DNA of 64,000 nucleotides, taken from positions 66,809 to 130,808 of the IMG/VR virus record IMGVR_UViG_3300022555_003222, one strand, 5' to 3'. Numbering within the stretch: the first letter of the stretch is position 1; the number at the start of each line of letters is the position of its first letter. Shown piece after piece: positions 39,788 through 51,860 of the stretch. A program made the position numbers and the translations under genes. Source of the DNA: a virus. The notes under the pieces are model-generated. The model was not told the DNA's origin and did no database searches. It saw only the letters and a program-made list of their open reading frames with translations.

Positions 39788-39910
39788 TCCTTCTGTCTCT
39801 TGTTATACACCTGAACTGAACCATCCGGCTTCGCCGGATGGTTCTTGTCCTTCTGTCTCTTGTTATACACCTGAACTGAACCATCCGGCTTCGCCGGATG
39901 GTTCTTGTCC
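39788..39910. repeat. Exact 60-bp tandem duplication of motif plus hairpin plus RBS
   Basis: 39788-39850 equals 39848-39910. Confidence 0.97.
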
Positions 39911-41840
39911 ATCTGGAATCTTTTCAATCAAATTAGGAAAAGTTTTCAAGTTCGTGGAATCCTTTCACTCGCATTTATTCTACAATTTCGCTTGCGAGGA
40001 AAGCATTTCAATGGAGTCACCCTGCGAAGCAGGGTGACTCTGTTCGCCTGCGTATGCGTGTTCAACATACCTGTGTCGAACACGGCGCAGGTACTAACCA
40101 CCCAGACAACTCTTATTACTAATTTGAATCAATCGTATGCCATATATCTGGCATTATTATTGATTGACGGAGCGCATTTGAGGTATTTTGGGTTCATTTC
40201 CCACCATTTAATCCCATTTTAATTAGGATTGTGGGCAGGATTCCCACAAAGTTGTTTGAATCTGCCTCCCCCGGCGTTGCCGGGGGAGGCTTATCAATGG
40301 TTTGTCAATGGTTTGTCAATGGCTGATCCATGTTTCATCAGTTATCAACGGGTTGTATCTTTAATCCAATGGTGGATAAAGATTGCTATTTTGTTCAACC
40401 TGGGACAACTTAATATACGGTTGCAGGGTTTATTAACTGCTTCGTAAGCTATGTTATACAGGGTGAACTGCCGTAATTTCCAGGGCCAGGGATATATCCT
40501 TAGTATGTATCCTGGGGATATATCCCGGTCGCATACACGGGTGGGATATATCCTAGCTTAATAACTTATTATTCACCATCAAGTTGCATATCTTCCCATT
40601 CATCACGGGTATAGACGACTTTCACGCCTCGTTTTGTTAGTTCGGCATCCAATTCATCGGCCAAGTCACGGGCAACATTCAGGTTCCTTTGTTCGGTTCC
40701 GTAGATGCCACCGATTGTGCCGTGGGATATTTCTACTTCAAGGTCGTAATGGTCATCAATCAACTGAACGGAAATGTAACAGACCTTTGGTAGTTCGTGG
40801 GGCCATGCTCGACCGATCCACTCACGAATACCGATAGTGTGTGTAAAACTCATTATAGCCACTCCACTTTAATAACGTATTCGTCGCCTTCGTAGGTTTC
40901 GACTTCGTTAAGGGTGTCGATTGATTCCCAAGTTTCGGAATAGACTTCTTCATCATCTTCGATGATCGTACAACCGGCATAATAATTTTGTTGCCCGCTG
41001 GACAATTCGATAATGACTCTTGCTCCGTTGTTGGCTTGAGCCTCAACGGAACGGTTGTCGTCGTAATAGGGTTTGGGATCGTCGTTGGTTTGCCGGTTGT
41101 TACTGGCATCCAGAACTTCAACGATTTTCCTATTGATACGGGCAGTCAGTTCGCCCTTATCGTTTCGTTCTTGGAAGTTTATGCCGACAAGTTTATGCCA
41201 GCATTTTGGTAGCTGAATGGTTACTGTGTTAGACATGGTTCTTTTTGGTTGGTGGTTGATTAGGGATGTATCCTGCGAAGCAGGATACATCCCTTGTTAT
41301 ACATCGGGACTTACTTTAGATTCCAGGGAATCCAATGTTTCGCATATTTCAGATCGGGATGCCGGTTATGGTTTTCATCCCATACTGGTTTACCGTCAAG
41401 GAACAGGGCAAGCAAAGCACCTTTGTCGCCATTGGATGCTGCTGCCCACACAACTTGCATAGCCATATCATCGCCGGTCAGTTGTGCATCGCCTTCTTTG
41501 CCATCATTGGCGGCATCATCAATCTTTTGGATACGGATAGTTTCATCCCTTGTATCTTGGAACAGGGACCATCCTTGTATCTTGGCTTGTCGGTCGTAAT
41601 GTTTCGTCCATTCGGCCAGGGTGATTTCGCTTTTGGGGTGGCTCATTTTGAATCGGTGACCTCCCAATCCTTGATTTCGGTATCGACAATATCGGCATTG
41701 TCGGTTTGGGAAGTAAAGTTATAGTCCATATTCTCTAGGACTTCGGTTACTTCTACATCTTCCTCGGCTTCGATAATAAGCCGGGTGGTGACATTGACAT
41801 AAATCTTACGGGACATGATTGGTTTCCTTTCTGCTTCTTG

Positions 41841-42284
41841 TTATACACCGGGACTGACGATGCTATTAACCAGTTTTTTAATTTCGTCATCACCCCCAGG
41901 AGGGGCAAAGATCAATGGTCTGCCGTGTGTGGTGGCATAATTGATTTCTTCATCTGTACCATCGGCGGGGATACCGGGTGGTGTTAGGACGATTACGAAG
42001 TCACTGGCACGGATTGCCGCATTATTGATTTCCTGCAAACGCTCATTCCATCGGCCTTGGATTGCTCGGTGGGGGCTATAAACTGCCACGCCTGCTTTGA
42101 CCAGGGCCACACGCACGGCATCCCGCCAGTGGGTGTATTCTTTATGTCGTGGGCTATCCCATTCATTCCACCAGACTTTAATTGGTCCTGCCAATATAAC
42201 GATTGGTGGAACTTTATCGGGGGAGGCATCGACTTGAACTGCACCGTTGCCTTCCTTTGCCAGCAGATCAACAAGGGTATTCAT
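41841..42284 (-). CDS. Nucleoside 2-deoxyribosyltransferase-like protein
   Basis: VILAGPI...VYSPH...IRASDFVIV...GTDEEINYA. Confidence 0.65.
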   Translation of the reverse strand: MNTLVDLLAKEGNGAVQVDASPDKVPPIVILAGPIKVWWNEWDSPRHKEYTHWRDAVRVALVKAGVAVYSPHRAIQGRWNERLQEINNAAIRASDFVIVLTPPGIPADGTDEEINYATTHGRPLIFAPPGGDDEIKKLVNSIVSPGV

Positions 42285-43548
42285 TTTAATTCCTTTTAGA
42301 TCGTTCCGCCTTTGGCGGAACGATCTTTGTTATACACCGGAACTGCGACGACTGGTTATTCACCATAAACTATAATCGCCCTTGTATAATCTTCCGACCA
42401 TACAAGTTCCACAAGCCGAAGTTTACACCGCAGCAAGGGTCACGAAAATCAGGAGTCGAACCTGATCTGCCAGTCTTGGACTACTCTGTTGATTTCAGGG
42501 GCAGCACTTCAAAATCTTGCCTTGGGGCATTGATTTTTTCTCGGAAGTGTTCTGCCCACTGGTTAGCCTCTGCCGCCGTGGCAAAGGGGCCATAGGCATC
42601 AAAATGATATTTGTCAATGACGATGAACATAATTACTCCGGTTGTTGCATGTTGAAGGGTAGGTATGCTTCCTGGCCGTCAACTTCCAACAGATCGCTAT
42701 CGACCGTTTCGCCATTTTCATCTTCGTAATCGCACCCGTCACCGGCAATAAAGTCTTGGTTGACGAACTTGCCTAGTTCGGTATCAAAGGTCTGGATAAC
42801 GAATCCAGTGGTGATTTTCTTGACTAGCATTTTGGTTCTCCTTGTGTTTCTTGTTATACACCTGGACTAGCCACGTTGTCTAGTTTGTCTGATGACTTTA
42901 CGAATGATCTTTTCTGCCGCTTCTTCGGGGGTCATATATTCATTACCCGCATAAGAATATGGCACGTTCCTTGTCACTCGCAGCACTTGGCAGATTTCTA
43001 CCGCAGCCGCTTTGATCGCTTCGTTGCCATCAAGTCTTTTTGGCACTTGTGACATTTGCTTTCTTTCGCTTTCAATGTCTTGTTATACACCGGGACTCAA
43101 TCCGGTTTATTAACCGGGTTATCCACGCTGGTCAGATACTCGCCGCTGACACCCGTTTTATGACCTTCGACAAACACCACTACTTCATCGCCTTCGTGCC
43201 TTGGTCCGTGATATTTCGTAACCGTGTAAATGCCAGGGTCCAGGGGGCAACGTGGGCTAGTGGGTGTAACCCTCTCGCCTATATCGAATACCTTGTACTG
43301 GACTTCGTAAATTACCTTTTCCCATCGCATGATTGTTTCTCCAAAAAAAATGAACAGAAGGGCTATAGGTCGGTATATCTTGCAATCTAACCCGGACATG
43401 CAAGACTCTTGGATGTTGTAAAATCCCTCGCCGCCCGTTGTACGGCACTACGGGAACCCCGCTCTAAGTTCTTCCCAAAAGGGAATCGAGGCTTCGCATA
43501 TCGACCATCCCAAGTAATGCCCTTCTGCTCAATGTTATACACCTGGAC

Positions 43549-44013
43549 TCAATAGACTTCGGCTAATGGCTTATCGCCAGTGAAGTCTACTTTGAATCGG
43601 AAACGGGTTGTCGCTTCTGCCGTACCATTTTCACGCAGATAGATAACGCAACTGGTGATATTTGGTTCTTGACTATCCCATTCCCAACCATCACCATCTT
43701 CAAACGTATCGGAGCCGAAGTCGTATTCGCAAAGCAACTGCTCGGCAGTCTGTCGTATGTAATCCCGCCGATCTTCCATCAGCTTAACACTGGCAGATAC
43801 AGGGTTTGGATCAGGCTTATAGCCTTCGCCGTAGGACTCCACAGGAAACCGCTTTGCCCTGCTGTTAGGCCGGGTTAGCTTCGCCGTCATGGTGAAAATG
43901 CCAAAACGATCACCACTAAGATGGTGAATAATCTTACCCTCCTCAAACAACTTCTTTTCCAAAGGGGTCAAGGTCAAAATGCCCTCGCCTTGTTCGTTGC
44001 TGCTGTAATTCAT
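43549..44013 (-). CDS. Cassette hypothetical protein
   Basis: TGA overlaps motif 43534; ATGA overlap upstream. Confidence 0.75.
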   Translation of the reverse strand: MNYSSNEQGEGILTLTPLEKKLFEEGKIIHHLSGDRFGIFTMTAKLTRPNSRAKRFPVESYGEGYKPDPNPVSASVKLMEDRRDYIRQTAEQLLCEYDFGSDTFEDGDGWEWDSQEPNITSCVIYLRENGTAEATTRFRFKVDFTGDKPLAEVY

Positions 44014-44191
44014 TTGTCATCTTTCCAATCAGGGGGCAGGGTGACTCGATCATTAGCCATCCTGACGTTATCGGTGATGTATGTCTGACCCTCGGCTTTC
44101 AGACACTCGTACAGAATGTCAAACGCTTCCAGGGGCAGACCGTGTTCGTCCTGTAATGCCAGGACCGCAAAATCGTGTAGTTCTTGGCCGC

Positions 44192-44680
44192 TCATTCGTC
44201 ATCTTCCTCCGTAGTGATGTTATACACCTGAACTAACCCGTTCAACTCCTCGGTATAGCCAGTTAGTTCAAGGGTTTCTGACTGCAATTGTTCTTTCAAC
44301 TTAGTCAACTCTTGTTCCTTGGTAAGAATCCTGCTTCGCAAGTGCTTGACTTGCGCCTTTATCAGCAATTCAGGATGCAAGGCCGCATATTCAGTCCACG
44401 CCGTAGTAACCGCTTCCTTCATGGCACGAATTGCCACTGGGGTAGGTTCGGGGGTACGCTGCATTTGATTTCGACTGACATAGCAATCATAGGATTGCTT
44501 CGTTTGCCACACTCCATCTACCAAATACAGATGAAGATGGACATAGTAAAAGTTGCCACGATAGACCAACTGCTGTTCGGGCTTGCCGTGATCGCCAGTT
44601 GACAGGGAAACATGGTCGCCCTGGGTAATCGCATACCCGATATTGCCAAGTCTGGTTGTGATGTTGCCTTCGATAAACAT
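44192..44680 (-). CDS. Cassette hypothetical protein with coiled-coil C-terminus
   Basis: Start MFIEG; reads through an internal motif copy at 44219. Confidence 0.75.
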   Translation of the reverse strand: MFIEGNITTRLGNIGYAITQGDHVSLSTGDHGKPEQQLVYRGNFYYVHLHLYLVDGVWQTKQSYDCYVSRNQMQRTPEPTPVAIRAMKEAVTTAWTEYAALHPELLIKAQVKHLRSRILTKEQELTKLKEQLQSETLELTGYTEELNGLVQVYNITTEEDDE

Positions 44681-44955
44681 GATAGTTCCTTGGGGTTGGA
44701 TCGTTCCGCCTTCGGCGGAACGATCCTTGTTATACACCGGGACTTAGGTTGATTCCCAGGTGGATTCAACGCACTCGTCACCTTCGTATTCGGTCAGATT
44801 ATCTTCGCTGCCGTCAACGTCAAAGTCACGCACAACGATCTGTATATCTTCGGGAATATCGCAGATGTTTTGAATGACACCACCTTCGACAACAACTGTA
44901 ATGACTCGCTTTTCCATGATTGGTTTCCTTTCTGTTCCTTGTTATACACCTGGAC

Positions 44956-45504
44956 TCACTTGGCATCCCAGCATTGTTGATCTAAGATGCCATTGTGAAT
45001 GTCGGGCCGATATTCTTTCAGCCACGCCATCGCTGAATCTTTGTCTACATGGCACTCAAATCCTATGCCTTCTTTTGCTTCAACATAGTTGAACAACTGG
45101 GAAACTTTTTCGTCACTGTCGGCAACATATTCGGCCACAACATCGGCCTCATAATCGCCGCCCCAATCGTAGTTTGCCAGGGCCATGATTTCGTCATAGT
45201 TTGCCTGTTGGAACCAGGGCAAGGCATCAAAATCGACTTCATAAACACAATCGTCACTATGAACTTCTGCCTTAATGACAACTGTTTTCTCTCCTGGATT
45301 GAAATGATTGACGTATGCCTGGGCCATTTCTTGGCTAGGCAAATCAATATCTACCTGATCGAACTTAACGCCTTGGTCAGTCAATTCCTTCCAACCGTGT
45401 GGGTAGGGATGTTCTGCACCACGATAGTCTTTGGCATCAACGCAACCCACGATCTTGAAGTTGCTAAGGGCAACGATGATACTGCTGGATACTTGTTTAC
45501 TCAT
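44956..45504 (-). CDS. Cassette hypothetical protein
   Basis: Start MSKQV; DWGGDYEAD..GFECHVD; TGA overlaps motif 44941. Confidence 0.75.
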   Translation of the reverse strand: MSKQVSSSIIVALSNFKIVGCVDAKDYRGAEHPYPHGWKELTDQGVKFDQVDIDLPSQEMAQAYVNHFNPGEKTVVIKAEVHSDDCVYEVDFDALPWFQQANYDEIMALANYDWGGDYEADVVAEYVADSDEKVSQLFNYVEAKEGIGFECHVDKDSAMAWLKEYRPDIHNGILDQQCWDAK

Positions 45505-46454
45505 GGCCTTACCACTTCCCTTGTTTGATAAATGGTTGTAAATTAACCAACTGGTCAACGTGATCGTCTAGTTGACGACAATAATACGAATCGGATATAA
45601 TCCCTTCCGTATGATTGCATTTATGCCCTTCCATTGATCCAGTTAAAGCAATCAACTGCATCAGAGGAGTGGGTTGTCGCCAACGTGAGTCTTTGTTGTT
45701 CATGGTTATACACCGGGACTAACAGAAAAAGTAATGTATATCTTCGTCTTGATCGTACATCCAGCAAACACCGTAGTTTTCCCCAAAGGATATATCCTGT
45801 TTATCCAGTAGGTGCTGTAACGATTCGGGAACCACGCACTTCTCGCAAAACTCTTGTCGGGTAATTTCGGTGGCTTCGCCGTTTTCTTCGTCCACCATTT
45901 GTTCTAGCATGGTTGCATCGGACGCAACTCTGTCTAGGAAATCTTCGTTATCCAGACAATCAATGCAATTACAAATATAGTAGTACATGGTTTTAATTGG
46001 GGGTTAGGTGGACGGTTCAAAGTCAAAGATTTCGATGTTATCATCATCGCAATCTACGTTAGCAAGCAGATCGGCAAGGCTGACGAACAGATTGCCTTCC
46101 TGCAAGTCTTTGGTCAATTGCTTGGCATCCATTTGGCTAACGTCGATGATCTTGCCGTCATTATCAGTGGCCTTGGTCAATTCGACTCCACGCATCCAAC
46201 CAGAAAAACACAGATCAATCTTGGGCATTTTAGTTTCCTTTGTCAACAGTGGTAATTTCTTCCAACAGATCGGCCACGGGTTCTTTCAGTAGGACTGCCA
46301 GAAACTCGGCCACACCTTCGCTGAATCCTTCCAAGAAGTCGCTGGACAATTCCCAGGCATCTTCATCCCGGTCAATAATGACTTGCTTGGCTTGTTCGAT
46401 CAACTGGATACGTTTCATTGTGATTCCCTTTCGATCCTTGTTATACACCCGGAC

Positions 46455-46931
46455 TCACTTACGCAGGCCCAGGCCAATGCTGGTGAACTCGGTCAATACG
46501 TCCTGCTTGTCCAAGGTTTTGTCGGCAAGCAACTTGTCCAACTTAGCCAAAGTTGCATTTTTGTTGCCGTAGACCTTCAACAGTTCTTCTCGGAACAGAT
46601 TGTCGCCGCCTTTGAACTCATACCGACCACGCTCAATTGCTTCACCGAAACTCTCAAAATCGACGGGTTTCGGCAGAGGCAACTCCATTACAAGTTGCTT
46701 GGCAAAACGGGTTTCGGATTGCAGTTTTTGACCCTTGGAAGGTTGCATATCGTCGCCCTCCCAACAGGTGACCCACTGATCTTCGGGCAGAATAATATCC
46801 AGACTGCCCTCGTACATTACATCAGCATTGGACGGACGACACTGGATGGTCAACCGCTTCCCGCCATCAAATTCAAGTACAACATCGCAATCGTGCTTGG
46901 GCACTTTGATTACTTTTTCAGTGAACTTCAT
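46455..46931 (-). CDS. Cassette hypothetical protein
   Basis: Motif 46956, AAGGA RBS; stop in motif 46440. Confidence 0.78.
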   Translation of the reverse strand: MKFTEKVIKVPKHDCDVVLEFDGGKRLTIQCRPSNADVMYEGSLDIILPEDQWVTCWEGDDMQPSKGQKLQSETRFAKQLVMELPLPKPVDFESFGEAIERGRYEFKGGDNLFREELLKVYGNKNATLAKLDKLLADKTLDKQDVLTEFTSIGLGLRK

Positions 46932-47962
46932 AGTTCTTTCCTTCGGTTGGTTATGATTATACACCTGAACTTACAGGTGATCTTCGTCATCTGGAATATC
47001 CAGCTTGATACCCTTATCGTAGGGACTGTAAACGGCTCCTACATCTTGTTCAAGATATGAACCGTCGATGCCGACCATTGCGCCGGTATCCAGCTTACGA
47101 ATTTCGATTTCCACTTCGCCGCCCGTATCGGGATCGGTGACAGTGATGCACTTGACAAACTTCGTATTGATCTTTGACATGGTTTCTTTCCTTTCAATGA
47201 CCACACTTGGGGCAATAGCCCGGCCATTCCTCTTGGGATGTTTCCTCGCCGCATTTTGGACAACCCATTACGTTCTCGATTTCAACGGGATCGCAGATGG
47301 TATCAATAGTTTCCCATTCGTTGCCCATTTCGCTAACACCATCGCCGTTCTTGAATTTGAACTCGGCCTTGGCTTTAGCTTCATCAGGGGTATCGGCATC
47401 CACGATAAACGTGCATTGGCCTTTGTAAATGACTGGTACTTCGTATTGCATGATTTCTGTTATACACCGGGACTCGGCGCACATTCCTTGCAGTAGGGTG
47501 ATTCGTCTACGATTACAGAACAATCAGGACAAACATGCTTGCCACATCCGGTACAAACATCATATTCCCTTACGTCGGGAAGGTCTGATGTTGACTCAAA
47601 AATTACGGTTACTCCGCAATCTGCACAGTGTTCTAGGTCCATTATGACACACCTTCCATCTTGCACAGTTCATCAGCACGTTCATCGGCAACAGTATAAC
47701 ACCATTCCCATGAATCGGACTGTTCGACCTTGCCATCAAAAGATGCCAGCAAACCCTTTGCCAATAATTTCTTGGCAAAAGGGACGGTGCAAATACCGTT
47801 AAAGTCGCCATCTTCGGTTGTCAATCGAGCAAATGAATACTTACGCATGATTTTCCTTTTTGTTTCCAACATCACCCCCGCTACGAGCGGGGGTGATGTT
47901 TATTCCTGTTGGGCAACAGGCTAATGATTCATGTCTCTGGTTATACACCTGGACTCACTTGC

Positions 47963-48352
47963 TTAGTATTGCAAGTAGTCATCTTTATTTTCGACATACT
48001 TGCCTTTCTTGGCCTTGATCCACACGACAATCTTACTGGTCAATTTTTCCAAGTGACGTTCGTACTCTTGTCTGTTATGGGCCACACGAAGTTCCTCAAT
48101 AGTACGACTGATGCCAACGGGCAGATCAGACCTTTGCAAGAAGGTGCAAGCACTTTGGACAGCACCACCTTTCATTCGCACACTATCGCCGTCATTGTAA
48201 TAACGGTAATAAATCTTGCTCACAGCCCGAAGAATCTCACCTTCGTGAGTATCGGCAGGACCGCTATCGGGCACAAGGTTTTTCAGCTTATCGTAGGCAG
48301 TCTGATGTTTGCCCTGACTGTTCCAATAAGTCTTTTGAACTTTTGTTTTCAT
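47963..48352 (-). CDS. Cassette hypothetical protein
   Basis: AGGAG RBS; GEILRAVSKIYYRYYNDGD. Confidence 0.8.
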   Translation of the reverse strand: MKTKVQKTYWNSQGKHQTAYDKLKNLVPDSGPADTHEGEILRAVSKIYYRYYNDGDSVRMKGGAVQSACTFLQRSDLPVGISRTIEELRVAHNRQEYERHLEKLTSKIVVWIKAKKGKYVENKDDYLQY

Positions 48353-48763
48353 TATTGAATCTCCTGTTGCCTCTTGTTATACACCGGGACTCACTTACTT
48401 GTGAATCAAGTAAATGGTGGGTTGTGGTTCCGGTGGTTTGGTGTAATACTTGGCAGTTACCAATTCTTCGTTATCCGTTCCCACTTCCAAAACCACTCGG
48501 CATACTGCCAAGGACTCTTTGGGAATCTCTTGCAACCACTCCAATAGTTGTAGACCGTTCATGTTATGCCGCCTCCATTTCAACGTGACTTGCACCATTT
48601 TGGACAATTTCAATATGGCCCAAAATCTGCAATCGGGCCAAAGCACGATCATAGGTCGTTTTGTTTTCACACACCCACACAGTTGGGGTGGGATTTTCAA
48701 AAGACCTATTCAAAAAAGTAATTGTAAGACAGGCATTAAACGGATGGACTTCAATTACTCGGT

Positions 48764-49195
48764 TCATGTTGACACCTTTTCCAACTCGGCACAATGCTTG
48801 TACCATGCTTGGGTTTCCAACGCATCTTGGGTTCCCACCGCAAGACCGACCTGGGAAATCCAGGCTTTTGGAGCATGAAGGTACGCCACTTCAACGTGGC
48901 TGGGAAAGTCGTAATGATCTTCGGCATCGGCCTGGGTACAACCCATAATGCCACGATAGCCACAGACATACGCCGAACGGTATTCATCTTCAATTTCGCT
49001 ACCGCTGATAATGGGCAGCTTTGTGCCGGATGCTCGGACCAAAGCATTAAGACGATCTTCGACGTATTCGCACTCAAGATCAAAACTCTCAACCGCAACC
49101 GCCAATTCAACGAACTGGGATCGCATAGTATCTCGCAACTCCTTCAAACTAAAATTTGAAGCTGAACGCAAATTCAAAACTGCTGCAAGGGACAT
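48764..49195 (-). CDS. Cassette hypothetical protein
   Basis: Motif 49222 and AAGGA RBS. Confidence 0.75.
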   Translation of the reverse strand: MSLAAVLNLRSASNFSLKELRDTMRSQFVELAVAVESFDLECEYVEDRLNALVRASGTKLPIISGSEIEDEYRSAYVCGYRGIMGCTQADAEDHYDFPSHVEVAYLHAPKAWISQVGLAVGTQDALETQAWYKHCAELEKVST

Positions 49196-49222
49196 AATTG
49201 GTTTCCTTTCTGATGCCGATTG

Positions 49223-49702
49223 TTATACAACCGGACTCGGCTTAATTCGTCTGCCCAATGGGACTGAATAGGCCCAATGATATTTTGTATTGTCGTCACA
49301 ATCGCCCAGATACTCGGCCACAACGTCAATGATGTTGTCGCTTTTCTTAGTGGGACCGGCATAAATCTTTGCCAGGATTTTTCTTTCTTTGACAATCACA
49401 CAACCATGTTCGATCTTGCCGTGTTCACCATGATGATGAAAAGTATGAAGCATGATACCATTGTTGGCATCGGCATACTTTTTGGCAATCTGCCGAATGT
49501 AATCGGGAATGTCACTAAACCAACTGTAAAGATCGTAATGCTGGCCGGATTCGCTTTCACTGATCGACCTTACCACGCCGCTGAATTGCGCTGCGCCCAT
49601 CGCAGCACAGGATGAAACGTCTACACAGTGTCTATCAAATTCACGATGTCCGGTATGAATATCCAATTTCATACCCTTCTTAACATATACTTTTTGTCGC
49701 AT
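49223..49702 (-). CDS. Cassette hypothetical protein
   Basis: Start MRQKV; ends SPVV in motif 49222. Confidence 0.7.
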   Translation of the reverse strand: MRQKVYVKKGMKLDIHTGHREFDRHCVDVSSCAAMGAAQFSGVVRSISESESGQHYDLYSWFSDIPDYIRQIAKKYADANNGIMLHTFHHHGEHGKIEHGCVIVKERKILAKIYAGPTKKSDNIIDVVAEYLGDCDDNTKYHWAYSVPLGRRIKPSPVV

Positions 49703-49703
49703 G

Positions 49704-50003
49704 TTAGTATCCCATTGTATCGTTGTATGCCTCAACACCACCCATCATGCCAGCCTGCATGGCAATTTCCCGCTTCCAATCGTCGTCGGATGTATCCTGG
49801 TCAGGCACAAAGTCGGGATTCTTCCGGTATTCTTCGTGATCGGGACCGACCAGGGAAACATACATGGTGCTAGTGTGGTAATACTCGTCCACAGGTGCAT
49901 TGAAGGCAACTAATGCCTCCTCCAAGGTTTCATAGTCCGATCCAGTCCAACAATCGTCGTTTCCTTCGTTGGGATGACTGCCCCAATAGTTGACTTCAAA
50001 CAT
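49704..50003 (-). CDS. Cassette hypothetical protein
   Basis: WGSHPNEGNDDCWTG; motif 50027 and RBS. Confidence 0.8.
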   Translation of the reverse strand: MFEVNYWGSHPNEGNDDCWTGSDYETLEEALVAFNAPVDEYYHTSTMYVSLVGPDHEEYRKNPDFVPDQDTSDDDWKREIAMQAGMMGGVEAYNDTMGY

Positions 50004-50421
50004 GATTGGTTTCCTTTCTGCCTTGTGTTATACACCGGCACTCAACAGATGGTTTTGTAGCAGAATGTCAACTGCCTGAATAGGATTGGGTGGGGCATCC
50101 ATGTCGGACATGGCAACCAGGGTTCTTATCAAATTGTCCCTCGCCTTTGTTCCCAATCGGGGATACGACTTGCCAGTACGAAGAACGTACTCGCAGGATA
50201 TATCTCGTCGCCAATTGTTGTATTCAGGATTGTCCACTATGATTTTCCTTGTCGGGGATTACCGTGTGTACCAGTCGCATCAGACCAGATATACAATTCG
50301 CCGTCACTGTAATAAACAGCACCGCACTTGTTGCACACTAATCGAATACGGTGGGCAAACACGCCCTTGTTGATTTCGCCCTTACAATCTTTTACCTTGC
50401 AAGGGAATGGTAATTTTGGTT

Positions 50422-50733
50422 TCATGCTTTGTAAAATCCTAATGCCCAGGCATACAACATTTGAAAGTAATAACCGTGCTTTTCGCACAATGTACGCAAT
50501 TCTGTATCCGCCTTCCATCCATCTTCGCCGTAGTTCAGACAGACGTATAGTGGACTCTCCTCGATGATAAGAACACCACCCACAGCATGATCGCCGTAAG
50601 GTTCGCCCCGTTCCCTCCATGCCTTCATGGTGTACCACTTGGAATGGTCTTTACCATATTTCCGTTTGATCCACCTATTGATGGCATCCCGCAAAACGGC
50701 AGGAGCAGTTGGCTTGTTAAGAATCTTTGTCAT
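50422..50733 (-). CDS. Cassette hypothetical protein
   Basis: Motif 50755 and GGAGG RBS. Confidence 0.78.
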   Translation of the reverse strand: MTKILNKPTAPAVLRDAINRWIKRKYGKDHSKWYTMKAWRERGEPYGDHAVGGVLIIEESPLYVCLNYGEDGWKADTELRTLCEKHGYYFQMLYAWALGFYKA

Positions 50734-51860
50734 GGTTCATTTCCTCCGCTGATGGTTATACACCGGGACTAACCGAATATAATCTTTTCAGCTTTCTTGA
50801 TTTCCCGTTGATTGCCCTCGACCTCTACGCCAGTATGTCCGACATAGATGGAAGTGCAAGGCTTGGCTTTAATCCCTGCTGATCGCAATTGAATCAGGGC
50901 CATTTTCTGACCCTTGCCACCCTCGGTCGCTTTCAAAATAGAAAAGACTTGAAGCACAGTAATTCCTTTCGCATGGTTATACATCGGGACTAGATACGAT
51001 TAGTTCTTGGGGTCAAGTCTAATGGTTTCAAGCCTGGGTTACATAGGGACAAGATTTCAACGTCCAAAGCATCGTACTCGTCCAACAGTTCTCTTTGTCG
51101 CTTCGCAATTTCCGCTATGCGAGGCGATTCGTATTCCCTATCAGTTGGCAGACTCAAGCCACGTTCAGACCTTAGCCGCCACGCCATTTCGTTAGAAATT
51201 GCCATTGACGTACTCCAATAATTGTTCGTATGGTTTGCCATCCTTAATCATCTTCACAAGAATGGCATCTTCAATCAACAATGCTGGCATAACGCTGGTT
51301 TCCCCGGCAAGTTGATTGATTGTAATTTCCCAAGATTTCATGGTATTGCCTTTCGCTTAGTCGTCGCCGTAGGTGGTTTTGATTTCGGCAGGGGTCAATT
51401 CGGTTAGCCCTTCGATATTCACTTCAACGCTTTGGATACCGCAGGGATCGCCTTCGGATTCATTATCCCAATCGACCTGTAGTGCTTCGTTCAGGTACTC
51501 TTTCAGTTCCTCAACGGTGACTTGTCCTGCAAGTTCGCCACGTTGTTCATTGGCAACCGCTTCATCTTCGTCTATTGCTACCAAAAAAGTAGCTTTGAAC
51601 GCTCGTAACGCCATGATAGTTTCCTTTCAATACAAATCGGCTCGAAGGTTTTCGGCAACAGTACGCAGATCATTAGGATCAATCTGTTCGTCTGAAACCT
51701 CTGTGTCGTAAGGTAGATTTTCGCCTGCTTCTGCCGCTTCGTCAATGACAACGGCCAGTGAATTAACTACGGCACGAACACCGTGCTTTTTCACCAAATC
51801 AATCAAAATTTCAAAATTCATCATTTCCTCTGCTGGTTGTTATACACCGGGACTAAAGAT

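Noticed and set aside
42446-42467. T-arm-like hairpin TCAGG-TTCGACT-CCTGA
   Set aside because: No acceptor or anticodon arms could be built around it; upstream sequence is a small ORF.
24256-46964. ORF-track starts such as MYNK/MYNQ/MYNH
   Set aside because: These are GTG/ATG/TTG-TAT-AAC readings of the motif itself; true starts lie downstream after the RBS.
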